In this document: piece after piece, positions 28,085 to 37,873 of the stretch
Layout: each line of letters opens with the position of its first letter
Position numbering within the stretch: the first letter of the stretch is position 1
NCBI GenBank assembly: GCA_963812155.1
Contig: CAWETW010000002.1
Coordinates: 174,577 to 238,576, forward strand
Origin: Vulcanimicrobiota bacterium
GTDB taxonomy: Bacteria > Vulcanimicrobiota > Vulcanimicrobiia > Vulcanimicrobiales > Vulcanimicrobiaceae
Reading direction: 5' to 3'
DNA: 64,000 bases
The notes under the pieces: model-generated
What the model was told of the DNA's origin: nothing
What the model saw: only the letters and a program-made list of their open reading frames with translations
Databases searched by the model: none
Made by a program: the position numbers and the translations under genes

Positions 28085-29625
28085 GCGGCCTTTGGCCAAT
28101 GTACGCACTGGTACGTGCCGATTTTTTCGAACGTACGCGGCGCTACGCGTACGTCGCGACGATCGCCGCTACACTCTTGATGGGCACCCTGCTGCTCCCG
28201 GCCCATAACGCGGGCTACCAGACGTTTCTGGTCGACAACTATTGGGGGATTTATAATTCCGCATGGGTCGGCGCCAGCTCCGCACTGCTGGCGGCAATGC
28301 TGCTTTCGCTCTTCGGTTTCTATTTAGTCAAGACCGCCGTGACGCGCGATCGCACGACGCGGGTCGGGGAAATCATCGCGACCACGCCGCTCAGCCGTTT
28401 CGAATACTCACTTGGAAAGGCGCTTAGCAATTTTTTGGTGCTCGCGACGATGGCGGCGATCCTCTTCGTTACGGCCATCGCAATGCAACTGCTGCGCGGC
28501 GACAGCACCTCGGTGAATATCACGCAAATCGGCGCGCCCTTTGCTTTGGTGGTCTTGCCCGTGATCGCGGTGGTTGCGGCAGTCGCCGTCTTCTTCGAGA
28601 TGGTGCCGTGGCTGCGCGGCGGATTCGGCAACGTAGCCTATTTCTTTTTGTGGACGGCTTATCTCGGCTGGAGTTTTCAGGCGAACCTGCGGGCGCCATG
28701 GTGGCGGGATCTGCTCGGCGGGAATCTGATCGTCGGGAAAGTCTTTTCGGCGATATTACGCATCGATCCACGCGCGCGGCGCGACTCGATTGAACTTGGC
28801 GCGGTGTTCGGCGCGACGGCGCGCCGCAGTTTTGAATTCTCAGGATTTATTTGGACGGCCGGCGACGTCGCAGGCCGCTTGATGTGGCTCGTCGTCGCGA
28901 TCTGCATCGTTGCCGTAGCCGCCCTGCTCTTCGACCGTTTTTCAAAGGTTGCACGCAGCTCGGAAGCGCGCCGGCGCGGCAGCGCTGCTGCGCGTTGGAG
29001 TACGGCGTTCGAGCGCTATACGGCGCCGGTGGTCGACGTGGTCTTTGCCAGTGACTTCGGCACAATCGTGCTTGCGGAGCTTCGCCTGCTCGTTCGGGGA
29101 TTGAGTTTCTGGTGGTACGTCGTTGCCGCCGGGTTGTGGGTGTTCCAGCTGCTGGCCGGAGCCAAAGAGCAAAGCCTCGCCGTCGGTTTGGCTTGGATTT
29201 GGCCGATGCTGCTCTGGTCGCAACTCGGCGCGCGCGAGCCTATCTACGGCACGGAGCAACTGATCTATCCTGTTCTCCATCCGATCCGGCAATTTATCGC
29301 GCAGTGGTTCGCCGGAGTCGTGCTCGCGCTGTTTGTTGCCGGAGGCGCGCTGATTCATTTCGCGGCAACCGGCAATCCGAGCGGCATCGAGGGTATCGTT
29401 GCCGGTGCCTTTTTCGTTCCGACGCTCGCTTTAACGTGCGGCGCACTCTCCGGTACGACGCGCCTCTTCGAAATCGTCTACCTCATCCTGTGGTATCTGG
29501 GACCGATGAATCGCACCGCGCTCGACTTTTCGCAAGGTGCTAACGCACCTGGCTTCACGGCTGCATCGCTCGGTCTGCTTGCGCTGGCAATCGGCGCACG
29601 CAAGCTTCGCCTGCGATACGCTTAG
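28081..29625 (+). CDS. Polytopic membrane protein, probable permease partner of the ABC ATPase
   Basis: The GTG at 28081 overlaps the ATPase stop (GTGA). About 514 aa with many hydrophobic segments. No specific family recognised. Confidence 0.6.
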   Translation: MSGLWPMYALVRADFFERTRRYAYVATIAATLLMGTLLLPAHNAGYQTFLVDNYWGIYNSAWVGASSALLAAMLLSLFGFYLVKTAVTRDRTTRVGEIIATTPLSRFEYSLGKALSNFLVLATMAAILFVTAIAMQLLRGDSTSVNITQIGAPFALVVLPVIAVVAAVAVFFEMVPWLRGGFGNVAYFFLWTAYLGWSFQANLRAPWWRDLLGGNLIVGKVFSAILRIDPRARRDSIELGAVFGATARRSFEFSGFIWTAGDVAGRLMWLVVAICIVAVAALLFDRFSKVARSSEARRRGSAAARWSTAFERYTAPVVDVVFASDFGTIVLAELRLLVRGLSFWWYVVAAGLWVFQLLAGAKEQSLAVGLAWIWPMLLWSQLGAREPIYGTEQLIYPVLHPIRQFIAQWFAGVVLALFVAGGALIHFAATGNPSGIEGIVAGAFFVPTLALTCGALSGTTRLFEIVYLILWYLGPMNRTALDFSQGANAPGFTAASLGLLALAIGARKLRLRYA

Positions 29626-29721
29626 CCGCTCCCGGCATAGGAATTTGCCCGCGAAGGCGCCCATGCGGTAGAGTTGACCGGTCGAATGGAGCCGAGCCGG
29701 CTAGTTCGAGAGGAGGGCGTT

Positions 29722-31770
29722 TTGAACGTTCAGTCGCCGCGGCTACGCCATATTCTGGCGTTCGTTGCCTTCGCGTTTACCGGTGCATCGCTATGGGCGG
29801 GTTGCGCTTCAATGGGGACCCCCGCGAGCGCGATCCCATCAACAGCGACGGCCCGTTCCATTGGCGGGCCGTCGCCGAACGAACGCACGTATCCCGATGT
29901 TACGATCCCAGTGACAACGTTGAACGACTTCGGCCCTGGGTCACTGCGAGAGGCGATTCTTACCGTCAACCACCGGCAGGCGGCTCGAGCAACGATTACC
30001 TTCGCCGTGAGCGGCTCCATTCGGCTGGTCAGCGATTTTCCGGTCGTGAGCGCTCGCGTTACGATCGATGGAACGACCACTCCCCAGTATGCGGGGGAAC
30101 CGCTCGTCGAAGTAAATGCAAACGCACATCGTGGGGTGGTTTTCGGGCCTGGGTCGACCGGGGCAAAACTCCTCGCCCTCTCGATAACGAATGCAATCGG
30201 AAACGGCGTGACGCTCAACGCCGGATCGATTACGCTCAACCTCGACTATATCGGTCTGCGTCGGAACGGCACCGCGTCGCGCAATGGCGGCGACGGCATC
30301 TACGTTTCCGCAAAGTCGTCAAAAAACCGCATCGGGATCAACCTTTCTGGGGCGTCGGGCGCGCTCGGGAACGTCGTTTCGGGGAACGCGGGTAACGGCA
30401 TAAGCCTCCACGGCTCCTCGGCAAACGTCATCGCCGCCAATCGGATCGGAACCGACGTAAACGGCAAACACGCGATACCCAACGCCGGAAACGGCATTCT
30501 GCTAACGGCGGCTTCCACCGGCAACGAAATCGGCGGAACGAGGTTTGTCGACAGCGCGACCGGGCAGGCGAACAACCCGACCGGAAATAAGGGAACGACG
30601 ACGCCGGTTTTTGTGGTTCCTCCCGACGGTAACCTGGTTTCAGGGAATGCGAAAAACGGCATTCTCATCAACAAAGACTCGCAAGCGAATACCCTCAACG
30701 GCAACTTCGTCGGAACGAGCGCCGGCGGAGACTCCGCAATTGCCAACGCAGCAGACGGCGTGCGCATCGTCTACTCTCCGGGCAACGCACTAATCGGCTG
30801 TAAGTTCCGCAACAATCCGTTCGTTTACTACAACGTTCTCAGTGGAAACCTGGGAAACGGACTGCACGTCACCAACTCCGACGACGTCATCGTTCAAGGC
30901 AACTTTTTCGGCATCGGCGCGAACAACACGAACATCGTCACCAATAAGCGTGATGGGATTCTCATCGACGGATCGTCGGCCAACACCCAAGTCGGCGGCG
31001 TCATTCCGCTGGGTAACGTTTCGGCCGGCAACGTGCGCAACGGCATCGAGGTGGCTGGAACGGCGGCCGGTTTCATAACCTTCAATACGTTTGGCGGGCT
31101 CCTGGCCTTTAAGGGCGCCGCCCCGAACGGAAACGACGGCGTGCTCATCACGGCAACGGGCGGGAAACAGACGGTTCGCACCAACGTCCTTTCCGGAAAT
31201 GGAAATAACGGACTGGAAATCGGCGGAGACGCGTCGGGAGTGACGGTCGGACCAGACATCATCGGCCTTAGCACGCAAGGTAATGCGCTATTGCCGAACG
31301 GCGGCGATGGCGTGCTCATCGACGGCACGGCACACGACAACACGCTCGGCGACTACTATCAGTCGGTTATTCCGCAGAACACGTTCTCGGGCAATCTTGG
31401 ATACGGCGTTGCAGTTACGGATAGCGCTCACGATAACACCATTATCAACACTTTTATCGGTATCGACGTCGCAGGAACTGGGCCGCTCTCGAATCAGCAC
31501 GGCGGCATCTTCGTCGGAGGCTCTGCGATACGCAACGTTATCGGAGGCTCGTCATCCGATCCCAGCAAGCCACTGAAGAACATCGTCAGCGGCAACGTGG
31601 GTAACGGCGTAACCTTGGACAAGTCGAGCAGCTATACGTCGATCATCGACAACTGGATTGGCTTGAATCGGACGGGGAAAAAGGCGCTGCCGAACTCCGG
31701 GCATCCGATCGTCGTGAAACCCGGCAGCCTCCACAACAAAATCGCCGGCAACGTGACGTGTTGTAACTAA
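29722..31770 (+). CDS. Right-handed parallel beta-helix repeat lipoprotein (CSLREA-like N-terminal motif)
   Basis: TTG at 29722, 5 nt after GGAGG. Lipobox LWAGCAS. GPGSLREAI motif near the N-terminus. At least 14 repeats of the type N.GNGI.L / GGDGVLIDG. Ends in GNVTCCN. Confidence 0.75.
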   Translation: MNVQSPRLRHILAFVAFAFTGASLWAGCASMGTPASAIPSTATARSIGGPSPNERTYPDVTIPVTTLNDFGPGSLREAILTVNHRQAARATITFAVSGSIRLVSDFPVVSARVTIDGTTTPQYAGEPLVEVNANAHRGVVFGPGSTGAKLLALSITNAIGNGVTLNAGSITLNLDYIGLRRNGTASRNGGDGIYVSAKSSKNRIGINLSGASGALGNVVSGNAGNGISLHGSSANVIAANRIGTDVNGKHAIPNAGNGILLTAASTGNEIGGTRFVDSATGQANNPTGNKGTTTPVFVVPPDGNLVSGNAKNGILINKDSQANTLNGNFVGTSAGGDSAIANAADGVRIVYSPGNALIGCKFRNNPFVYYNVLSGNLGNGLHVTNSDDVIVQGNFFGIGANNTNIVTNKRDGILIDGSSANTQVGGVIPLGNVSAGNVRNGIEVAGTAAGFITFNTFGGLLAFKGAAPNGNDGVLITATGGKQTVRTNVLSGNGNNGLEIGGDASGVTVGPDIIGLSTQGNALLPNGGDGVLIDGTAHDNTLGDYYQSVIPQNTFSGNLGYGVAVTDSAHDNTIINTFIGIDVAGTGPLSNQHGGIFVGGSAIRNVIGGSSSDPSKPLKNIVSGNVGNGVTLDKSSSYTSIIDNWIGLNRTGKKALPNSGHPIVVKPGSLHNKIAGNVTCCN

Positions 31771-31786
31771 TATCGCGCTGAAGGTT

Positions 31787-32407
31787 GTGCTGCACTCTCG
31801 CCGGATCGCTACGGTTTTCGTTGCGACCGCCGCCGTTTGCACCTGCATGCCGATGGCTGTATCCGGTGCGCGTTTTCCGAACGCCGTCGAAAGGACGTTT
31901 GTCGTCACCGGGGACGCTGCGAAGTCGGTGGCGCTGCTGCTCGGCATGCGGGCGTCCGGATCGTCCTCCGCCTCACTTCCGCTCGATAAAGGTGTGGCAT
32001 GGGCGGTGTATCTCCTCAAACAAGATACGAAGACGCCCCTGTACAACGGCGACGGACCACCGCGCTCGAATCGCGTAACTTTCTCGGCTTCTCCGCTTCC
32101 CACTCTGACGCTGGCGCCTTACTGGCTCGATCTTGCGACCGCTCTTCCTAACTCGCAACCCGGATACTATTCGTTCAGCTCACCATTTATCGCCGAAGAC
32201 CTGAAGGCGAGCGATTCGTGGACGCAGATGTTGAAGCGCCTCAAGCACGAATCTGGCTGGGATAGCAAGCGATTCCCGCAGTTTCAACGATGCTTTACGT
32301 CGCTCGACAAGACTGAACTCTGCGTCGCGGTCTACGGCAATAAACACTACGCCGACAACGTCGAACGAAACGGTTACATGGAGACGATCGCCATCCACTC
32401 CACGTGA
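31787..32407 (+). CDS. Secreted hypothetical protein
   Basis: GTG start 16 nt after the beta-helix gene. N-terminal hydrophobic segment (IATVFVATAAVCTCMPMAVSG). No family recognised. Confidence 0.45.
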   Translation: MLHSRRIATVFVATAAVCTCMPMAVSGARFPNAVERTFVVTGDAAKSVALLLGMRASGSSSASLPLDKGVAWAVYLLKQDTKTPLYNGDGPPRSNRVTFSASPLPTLTLAPYWLDLATALPNSQPGYYSFSSPFIAEDLKASDSWTQMLKRLKHESGWDSKRFPQFQRCFTSLDKTELCVAVYGNKHYADNVERNGYMETIAIHST

Positions 32408-32408
32408 A

Positions 32409-33008
32409 TCACTCTACGTAGTAGACTTGACCGGTCTGAGCACCTTCGACGCTCTTGGCGAATGCCAGGGCGACGCGCTTGCCCGGGACGCCTTCGCTGC
32501 CTGGGAAGTAGGGGCCGTACGCTTCCATCGATTCGCGCAGTACCGTCGGACTAACGACGTTGATTCTCGTTCCGGCGGGAAATTCGAGTGCGGCCGAACG
32601 CACGAACGATTCGAGCGCACCGTTTACGAGCGCGGCGCTCGCGCCGTACCGGATGGGATCCTTGCTGAGCGTGCCCGCCACGAGCGTCACAGAACCTCCG
32701 GCGTTCAGGTGCTTCGCCGCCTCTAAAGCGAGATGGACCTGGCCCATCAGTTTATTGCCGATTCCGACCTGAAGCTGTTCGGGAGTCATCTCGAGCAAGG
32801 GACCGAAGTGCACGCTGCCCGCGGCGCTGACGACCGCGTCGACCTTGCCGATCTTTGCGAAAAGATTGCGAATGCTTTGGACGTCCGCGATGTCGACGTT
32901 GTGCTCGCCGTGCGACCTTCCCGCGGTAACGATTTCGTGCCGTTGATTGAGCTCGTCGACGATCGCGCTTCCGATCGTGCCCTCGGCACCGATAACGAGA
33001 ATTTTCAT
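32409..33008 (-). CDS. Short-chain dehydrogenase/reductase (small, about 199 aa)
   Basis: MKILVIGAEGTIGSAIV Rossmann start at ATG 33008. The longer ORF-track N-terminus is Arg/Ala-rich and overlaps the next gene. Confidence 0.8.
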   Translation of the reverse strand: MKILVIGAEGTIGSAIVDELNQRHEIVTAGRSHGEHNVDIADVQSIRNLFAKIGKVDAVVSAAGSVHFGPLLEMTPEQLQVGIGNKLMGQVHLALEAAKHLNAGGSVTLVAGTLSKDPIRYGASAALVNGALESFVRSAALEFPAGTRINVVSPTVLRESMEAYGPYFPGSEGVPGKRVALAFAKSVEGAQTGQVYYVE

Positions 33009-33033
33009 ACTCGCCGTGACCGGTGCTGCCGGG

Positions 33034-34023
33034 CTAGGGTTGCAGCTCCATGATGAGATTGGCTTCACGCTCGGCGGTGATGCCGGCTTTGAGCGGAGCG
33101 CTCTGCTCGCGGCTGCGATCCCAGCGCCACGTGTCGAGAATCGTGTCGTGCAGCGGACGAAAACGCAAGCCGCTCTCGATTGCGCGTTTCGATGAAATCG
33201 AGTCCCAGCCGCCCGCTTCATCGTCTGGAATCCACAGCGGCATCTCCGTCCACGGCTCGACTCCGTGCGCGTGCAGAAACGCCTGCGGCGCCCAGAGAAA
33301 CTCGGCATCGCTGTGTAAGGCCGTACGGCAGGCGTCGAGCAGCACACCGAACGCAAGGCGATAGTCGGGTCCCGTCGCGTTGAACGTTCCCGTACGGCGT
33401 GCTTCGAGTGAGGCCACGATCCAGTCGCTGAGGTCGCGCACGTCAATGAACTGCACGGCACGATCCGGCGGCGCGGGCGCGAGCGTGCGCCCACCCGATC
33501 CGACTCGCCGCACCCAATACGTAAACCGATCGCTGGCATCGCGGGGCCCGACGATCAGCCCCGGACGCACGATAAAAGCGTTGCTGCCGAAGCGTTCGAC
33601 CGCAGCCGATTCGCACTGGGCCTTGAGCGCTCCATACGCTTCCAGCGTTAGTTCGGTAGCGTTTGGATCGCCGTCGTCGAGCAGCGGTGCCGACTCGTCG
33701 GCGCCCTCGGGAACGCCGTCGCGATAGACGCTCGTACTCGAGATAAGCGTATAGATGGCGTTCGGGCTCGCCCGCAAGAGATGGCCGCACGACGCGCCGA
33801 CGTCGCGCGGCAGGTACGCGCACGTATCGACGATCGCATCGTAGGACTCAGTAATCTTCTCGAGATCGTGCGCGCGATCGCCTGGGATGCTGACCGCGCC
33901 GAGCAGCCCGCTTGGCATCGTTTTCGCGCGGTGAAAGAGCGTGACGTCATGCGCTCGCGCGAGAGCGCGCTCGGCGACCGCCCGTCCCAAGAACCGCGTG
34001 CCGCCGATGATGAGTATGCGCAT
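33034..34023 (-). CDS. NAD-dependent epimerase/dehydratase family protein
   Basis: MRILIIGGTRFLGRAV Rossmann start at ATG 34023, with an extended-SDR length of 329 aa. Confidence 0.8.
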   Translation of the reverse strand: MRILIIGGTRFLGRAVAERALARAHDVTLFHRAKTMPSGLLGAVSIPGDRAHDLEKITESYDAIVDTCAYLPRDVGASCGHLLRASPNAIYTLISSTSVYRDGVPEGADESAPLLDDGDPNATELTLEAYGALKAQCESAAVERFGSNAFIVRPGLIVGPRDASDRFTYWVRRVGSGGRTLAPAPPDRAVQFIDVRDLSDWIVASLEARRTGTFNATGPDYRLAFGVLLDACRTALHSDAEFLWAPQAFLHAHGVEPWTEMPLWIPDDEAGGWDSISSKRAIESGLRFRPLHDTILDTWRWDRSREQSAPLKAGITAEREANLIMELQP

Positions 34024-34128
34024 GCTGGAGCTGCCGTGAGATACGAGCTCAGACCGGGGGTGCCTGCTGGGCTTGGCAGGCAAGGCCACGGCTCCGAACG
34101 GAGAACGGAACGCTAAGGGGAGATCCCG

Positions 34129-35499
34129 ATGCAGTATCGCATGATTCTCGTTCTCGCTTTGCTGGCGTCCGGTTTGGCCGGTTGTTCCCAACCGGCGAAT
34201 CCGGCCGGCTTTGCACCCACGGCGGTGCGCGCAACGAAGACGTCGCAGTCTGCCGGCAAAATCCAGCATGTCGTCATCATCATTCAAGAAAATCGAAGTT
34301 TCGATAACATCTTCGCGGGCTTTCCCGGTGCCGACGCGCCCTTAACGGGTTTGCGTCACAACGGTAAGGTCGTGACGCTGCACCAAGCAACGTTGACCCA
34401 ACGCCCCAACGTCGATATCAAGCACGACTATAAGCACTCGCAGATAGAGTACGATGCCGGAAAGATGGACGGCTTCGACGAGGACGTCTGGAATGACGGG
34501 CAGCCGGCAAAGACGTATCCTTACGCGTATCTGAGCCACAAGCAGGTCGCGCCGTACTGGGCGATGGCCAGTCAGTACACGCTGGCCGACCGCATGTTCC
34601 CCACGGTCTGGGGACCCAGCTTCACCGCCCATCTCGATCTGATCGCCGGCACGACGGTCGTAAGCCGGGCGCCGCTTCGGATCGTAAGCGAAATCGATTA
34701 TCCATACAATCAAGACAATCCGAACTGGACGTGCGCCGCCCAGCCGCCGCCACCGTCGTACATCCTGGTGGACGCGAAGGGAACGATCTCCGAAACGGGA
34801 GGCGGCCCCGCGCCCTGCTTCACACAATTTCACACCATGGCGGACACGCTGGATACCGCCCACGTGTCGTGGCGATACTACGCACCCGCGCTTTCGACCG
34901 GAAGCGGTCAGTTGTGGTCTTCCTTCGCGGCAATCAAAAACATCTACAACGGACCCGATTGGACCAACGTCATCGCGCCGGAAACGACCGTGCTCAAAGA
35001 TATCAAGAACGGAAAGTTACCATCCGTCGCATGGGTTGTGCCCAACGTGAACAACTCCGATCACGGCGGCAGCGGATCGGATACCGGCCCGTCGTGGGTT
35101 GCCGCAATCGTCAACGGGATCGGAGAAAGCGCCTACTGGAACTCTTCGGCGATCGTCGTCTTATGGGACGATTGGGGCGGATGGTACGATGACGCCCCGC
35201 CGCCGCAGTTGGATTTCATGGGTCTGGGCTTTCGCGTCGGGTGCATCCTCATCTCTCCTTACGCAAAAGCCGGGACGGTCTCACACACGCAATACGAATA
35301 CGGCTCGATTCTCAAGTTCGTCGAGCAGACGTTCGGCGCGGCTTCGCTGGGTTACACCGATGCGCGGGCAACCAGTCTCAGCGACAGCTTCAATTTCGCG
35401 CAACGCCCCATCGTCTTCAAAAACATTCCGGCAAAGTATCCGCCCTCGTACTTCCTTAAACAACGCTCCCCGGGCAAGGTTCCCGACGACGACAATTGA
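34129..35499 (+). CDS. Phosphoesterase family lipoprotein (phospholipase C / AcpA-like), paralog of 24951..26372
   Basis: Lipobox LAGCS. Hallmark IQHVVIIIQENRSFDNIFAGFPGAD. Also carries the C-terminal GLGFRVGCILISPY motif, shared with GLGFRVPCLVVSPF in the paralog. Confidence 0.8.
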   Translation: MQYRMILVLALLASGLAGCSQPANPAGFAPTAVRATKTSQSAGKIQHVVIIIQENRSFDNIFAGFPGADAPLTGLRHNGKVVTLHQATLTQRPNVDIKHDYKHSQIEYDAGKMDGFDEDVWNDGQPAKTYPYAYLSHKQVAPYWAMASQYTLADRMFPTVWGPSFTAHLDLIAGTTVVSRAPLRIVSEIDYPYNQDNPNWTCAAQPPPPSYILVDAKGTISETGGGPAPCFTQFHTMADTLDTAHVSWRYYAPALSTGSGQLWSSFAAIKNIYNGPDWTNVIAPETTVLKDIKNGKLPSVAWVVPNVNNSDHGGSGSDTGPSWVAAIVNGIGESAYWNSSAIVVLWDDWGGWYDDAPPPQLDFMGLGFRVGCILISPYAKAGTVSHTQYEYGSILKFVEQTFGAASLGYTDARATSLSDSFNFAQRPIVFKNIPAKYPPSYFLKQRSPGKVPDDDN

Positions 35500-35595
35500 C
35501 CGATGAGGCCGGCCGGCGTGCACGCTCGCAGGAGCACGCGCCGTACCCAAGAACGGAATCTCGCCGGGCCTTCCTGTCGTTAAGAAAGGACTGCG

Positions 35596-35931
35596 TTGCT
35601 ACGTATGTTTCGGAAAATACTGGTTGCGCTGCCGCTTGCGGCGCTGGTATTGTCGCTGACGTCGCTCTCCGCTTCGGCCGACGTGCACAAGTTCAAGGTC
35701 GACAACGTCGGCGGCCATCAGGTCGATCATCTGTATCTTTCGCCGATCAGCTCGAATAAGTGGGGACACGATCAACTGGGTCCCAATGAAGTGCTTGAAC
35801 CCAACCACCACCTCACGTTTCACATAGACACGCTGTGCGAGATGGACGTGCGCGTCGTCTATCACGACGGGACCGTTCACGTGGATAAAGATATCGATAC
35901 CTGCAAGTACAATCTCAGCTTAAAATACTGA
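35596..35931 (+). CDS. Small secreted hypothetical protein (His-rich, two Cys)
   Basis: Signal peptide ending SASA-DV. Start is TTG 35596 or ATG 35605. No family name recalled. Confidence 0.5.
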   Translation: MLRMFRKILVALPLAALVLSLTSLSASADVHKFKVDNVGGHQVDHLYLSPISSNKWGHDQLGPNEVLEPNHHLTFHIDTLCEMDVRVVYHDGTVHVDKDIDTCKYNLSLKY

Positions 35932-35951
35932 GCGGAGGACATAGCGCTACG

Positions 35952-36650
35952 CTACTTTGGTGCCGGCGAACCGTCCGACCAGGATGGAGCCAGGATGACG
36001 ATCGTCACGGGTTCGTACCGGCGAAACGTCGACGTTGCAGGTGAGAGGATGGGCGATCCCTTGAAGCCTGCGCCCCACGTGTTGAGCTGGTCCAAGGCGA
36101 TGAACGGCATCACGTGGGGGCGCCACGGGCCCGCTACTCCATCGTTGAGATAGCCCTCCCTTGAGAGCATCAGCGCGAATGACCCCGGAGCCGGGTCAGT
36201 GAACTGACGATCGGCGTAGCCGGCCTGCGATTTCTTTGCAATCTCCGCGCGTGTGTCACCGGCCAGCGCCCATTTCGTCCGGGCGAGGTAAAACGGCAGC
36301 ACGCTTTTCACGGCCAGCGGGTTGAAACACGACGGTCCGCGCCCCTTCGGATTCCAAAACTCGGGATCGTCTAGACCCGCCAACCACATACGCTCGACGA
36401 AGCAGACCCAGCCGTTACTTCCCTTTTCGGCGGCCGCATAGCCGCTCTTGGTAAGCACGAGCACCTCGGCGCCGGCGGAAATCGATGCCGGTGCCGCGCT
36501 ACGCGCCATCTGGATTTCAGCGGCGCGGGGCATGAGGTATTGCGAGACCGGCGCCATCGTCGGATACGGATCGTTCGCCGGCACCTGGGCGTACGCGGGG
36601 CCGCTACAGGCAAGTACGACGATGAGGGTCGTGCAGGCGGTGTTTCGCAT
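35952..36650 (-). CDS. Secreted hypothetical protein
   Basis: GGAGG lies 6 nt upstream of the ATG. Signal peptide ending AYA-QV. No family recognised. Confidence 0.55.
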   Translation of the reverse strand: MRNTACTTLIVVLACSGPAYAQVPANDPYPTMAPVSQYLMPRAAEIQMARSAAPASISAGAEVLVLTKSGYAAAEKGSNGWVCFVERMWLAGLDDPEFWNPKGRGPSCFNPLAVKSVLPFYLARTKWALAGDTRAEIAKKSQAGYADRQFTDPAPGSFALMLSREGYLNDGVAGPWRPHVMPFIALDQLNTWGAGFKGSPILSPATSTFRRYEPVTIVILAPSWSDGSPAPK

Positions 36651-36750
36651 GATTGACCTCCAAAAGCTCCGCTTGAATAGTCGTATCGCAGTCCCGCGAC
36701 CAACTGTGACGCCTCAGCCCAAAAACGAGGCTGGTCCGTCAGGTCCGCGC

Positions 36751-37746
36751 TTAGTGAATATCTACGAACGCAGTCAGCGAGTAGCTTTCCGGATTCACGT
36801 ATATCGATCGAACCGGTTTCACGGGCCCTCGATCGGTGACGGGATACTTGCTCACCAAAGCGTACAGCGACCCGGACAGAGGATTTTCAGAAACGTACAG
36901 GTTCTTACGATACAAACGCATTTCGCCTCGGAACCAGTTTGCCGTCGGCTGAGGCTGAAACGTGCCCGCTGGAGCGACGTTCCCGCTTGCATCCGGAGAA
37001 AAAATGTCGACTTGATTGGCGTTGAAGTGGTTGTCCATGACGTAGATATCGCCGTGCGCTGAGATCTGAACGTCGGTTGGAATGTCGAACGTCGTGGCCG
37101 ATCCGGTGATGACGCGAATCGGGGCAACGTCGCCATTGGCGTCGGAGGCAAACTCCAGCACCGACTTAGCCTTCGAATCGGCAACCCACAGATTACCCAG
37201 GGAATCAACGGTAATGCCGTACGGAGTTTTCAACTGCGTCGCGCTCCCAACGATCTTTCGAACCGGCTTTGAGGAGCTCGTAATGGGCTGGGCGTATACG
37301 ACGATCGACGCCTTCGCATGACCCACCGCGTAGATTTCATTGTGCGCTCCGATGGCGAGCCCGGCAGGCCTTACGGCGTTGGAGACCGTTATGGTCGGTT
37401 TAACGTTCCCGCTCGCGCCCGGGGCGAACACGTCGAGATTCGTCTGCGCAACGTAGATGCGCCCTTTTGAGTCGACTGCGATTCCGACCGGCTCGTTGAG
37501 GTCTGTGTTCGAGCCTTGAATCTGAGATACGAACGCACCGTTGAGGCTGAAGACCGCAACCCGGCTATCGCGTTCGTCGGCGATGTAGACCTTTGGAGAG
37601 GCAACCGCTGCTTTCACGTGCGCCTGCGATTGAACCGACGAGGGGATTGAGGTTTGCGTTCCGGCGCTGCAGCCGGCTAACGACGCCGCCAAGACAACCA
37701 GACGCAGACGACTGGGGTGATAGAGAAACAACCGCATCATAAACAT
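36751..37746 (-). CDS. NHL-repeat-like beta-propeller lipoprotein
   Basis: Lipobox LAGCSAG. Contains a repeated about 45-aa unit with P.GIAVDS.G.IYVA and similar strings (PYGITVDSLGNLWVAD, PTDVQISAHGDIYVMD). Confidence 0.6.
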   Translation of the reverse strand: MFMMRLFLYHPSRLRLVVLAASLAGCSAGTQTSIPSSVQSQAHVKAAVASPKVYIADERDSRVAVFSLNGAFVSQIQGSNTDLNEPVGIAVDSKGRIYVAQTNLDVFAPGASGNVKPTITVSNAVRPAGLAIGAHNEIYAVGHAKASIVVYAQPITSSSKPVRKIVGSATQLKTPYGITVDSLGNLWVADSKAKSVLEFASDANGDVAPIRVITGSATTFDIPTDVQISAHGDIYVMDNHFNANQVDIFSPDASGNVAPAGTFQPQPTANWFRGEMRLYRKNLYVSENPLSGSLYALVSKYPVTDRGPVKPVRSIYVNPESYSLTAFVDIH

Positions 37747-37873
37747 TGCTCCTTATGCATAGCGCTCGGGCCGTGGTGGTTCGTGAAGCTCCGCAGCGAT
37801 TCCACCCGTAAAGCTGGGCGCGGACAGTCATCGGTAAGAGGACGAGACCGTCAGCGCCGCTGAACTCGAGCAC

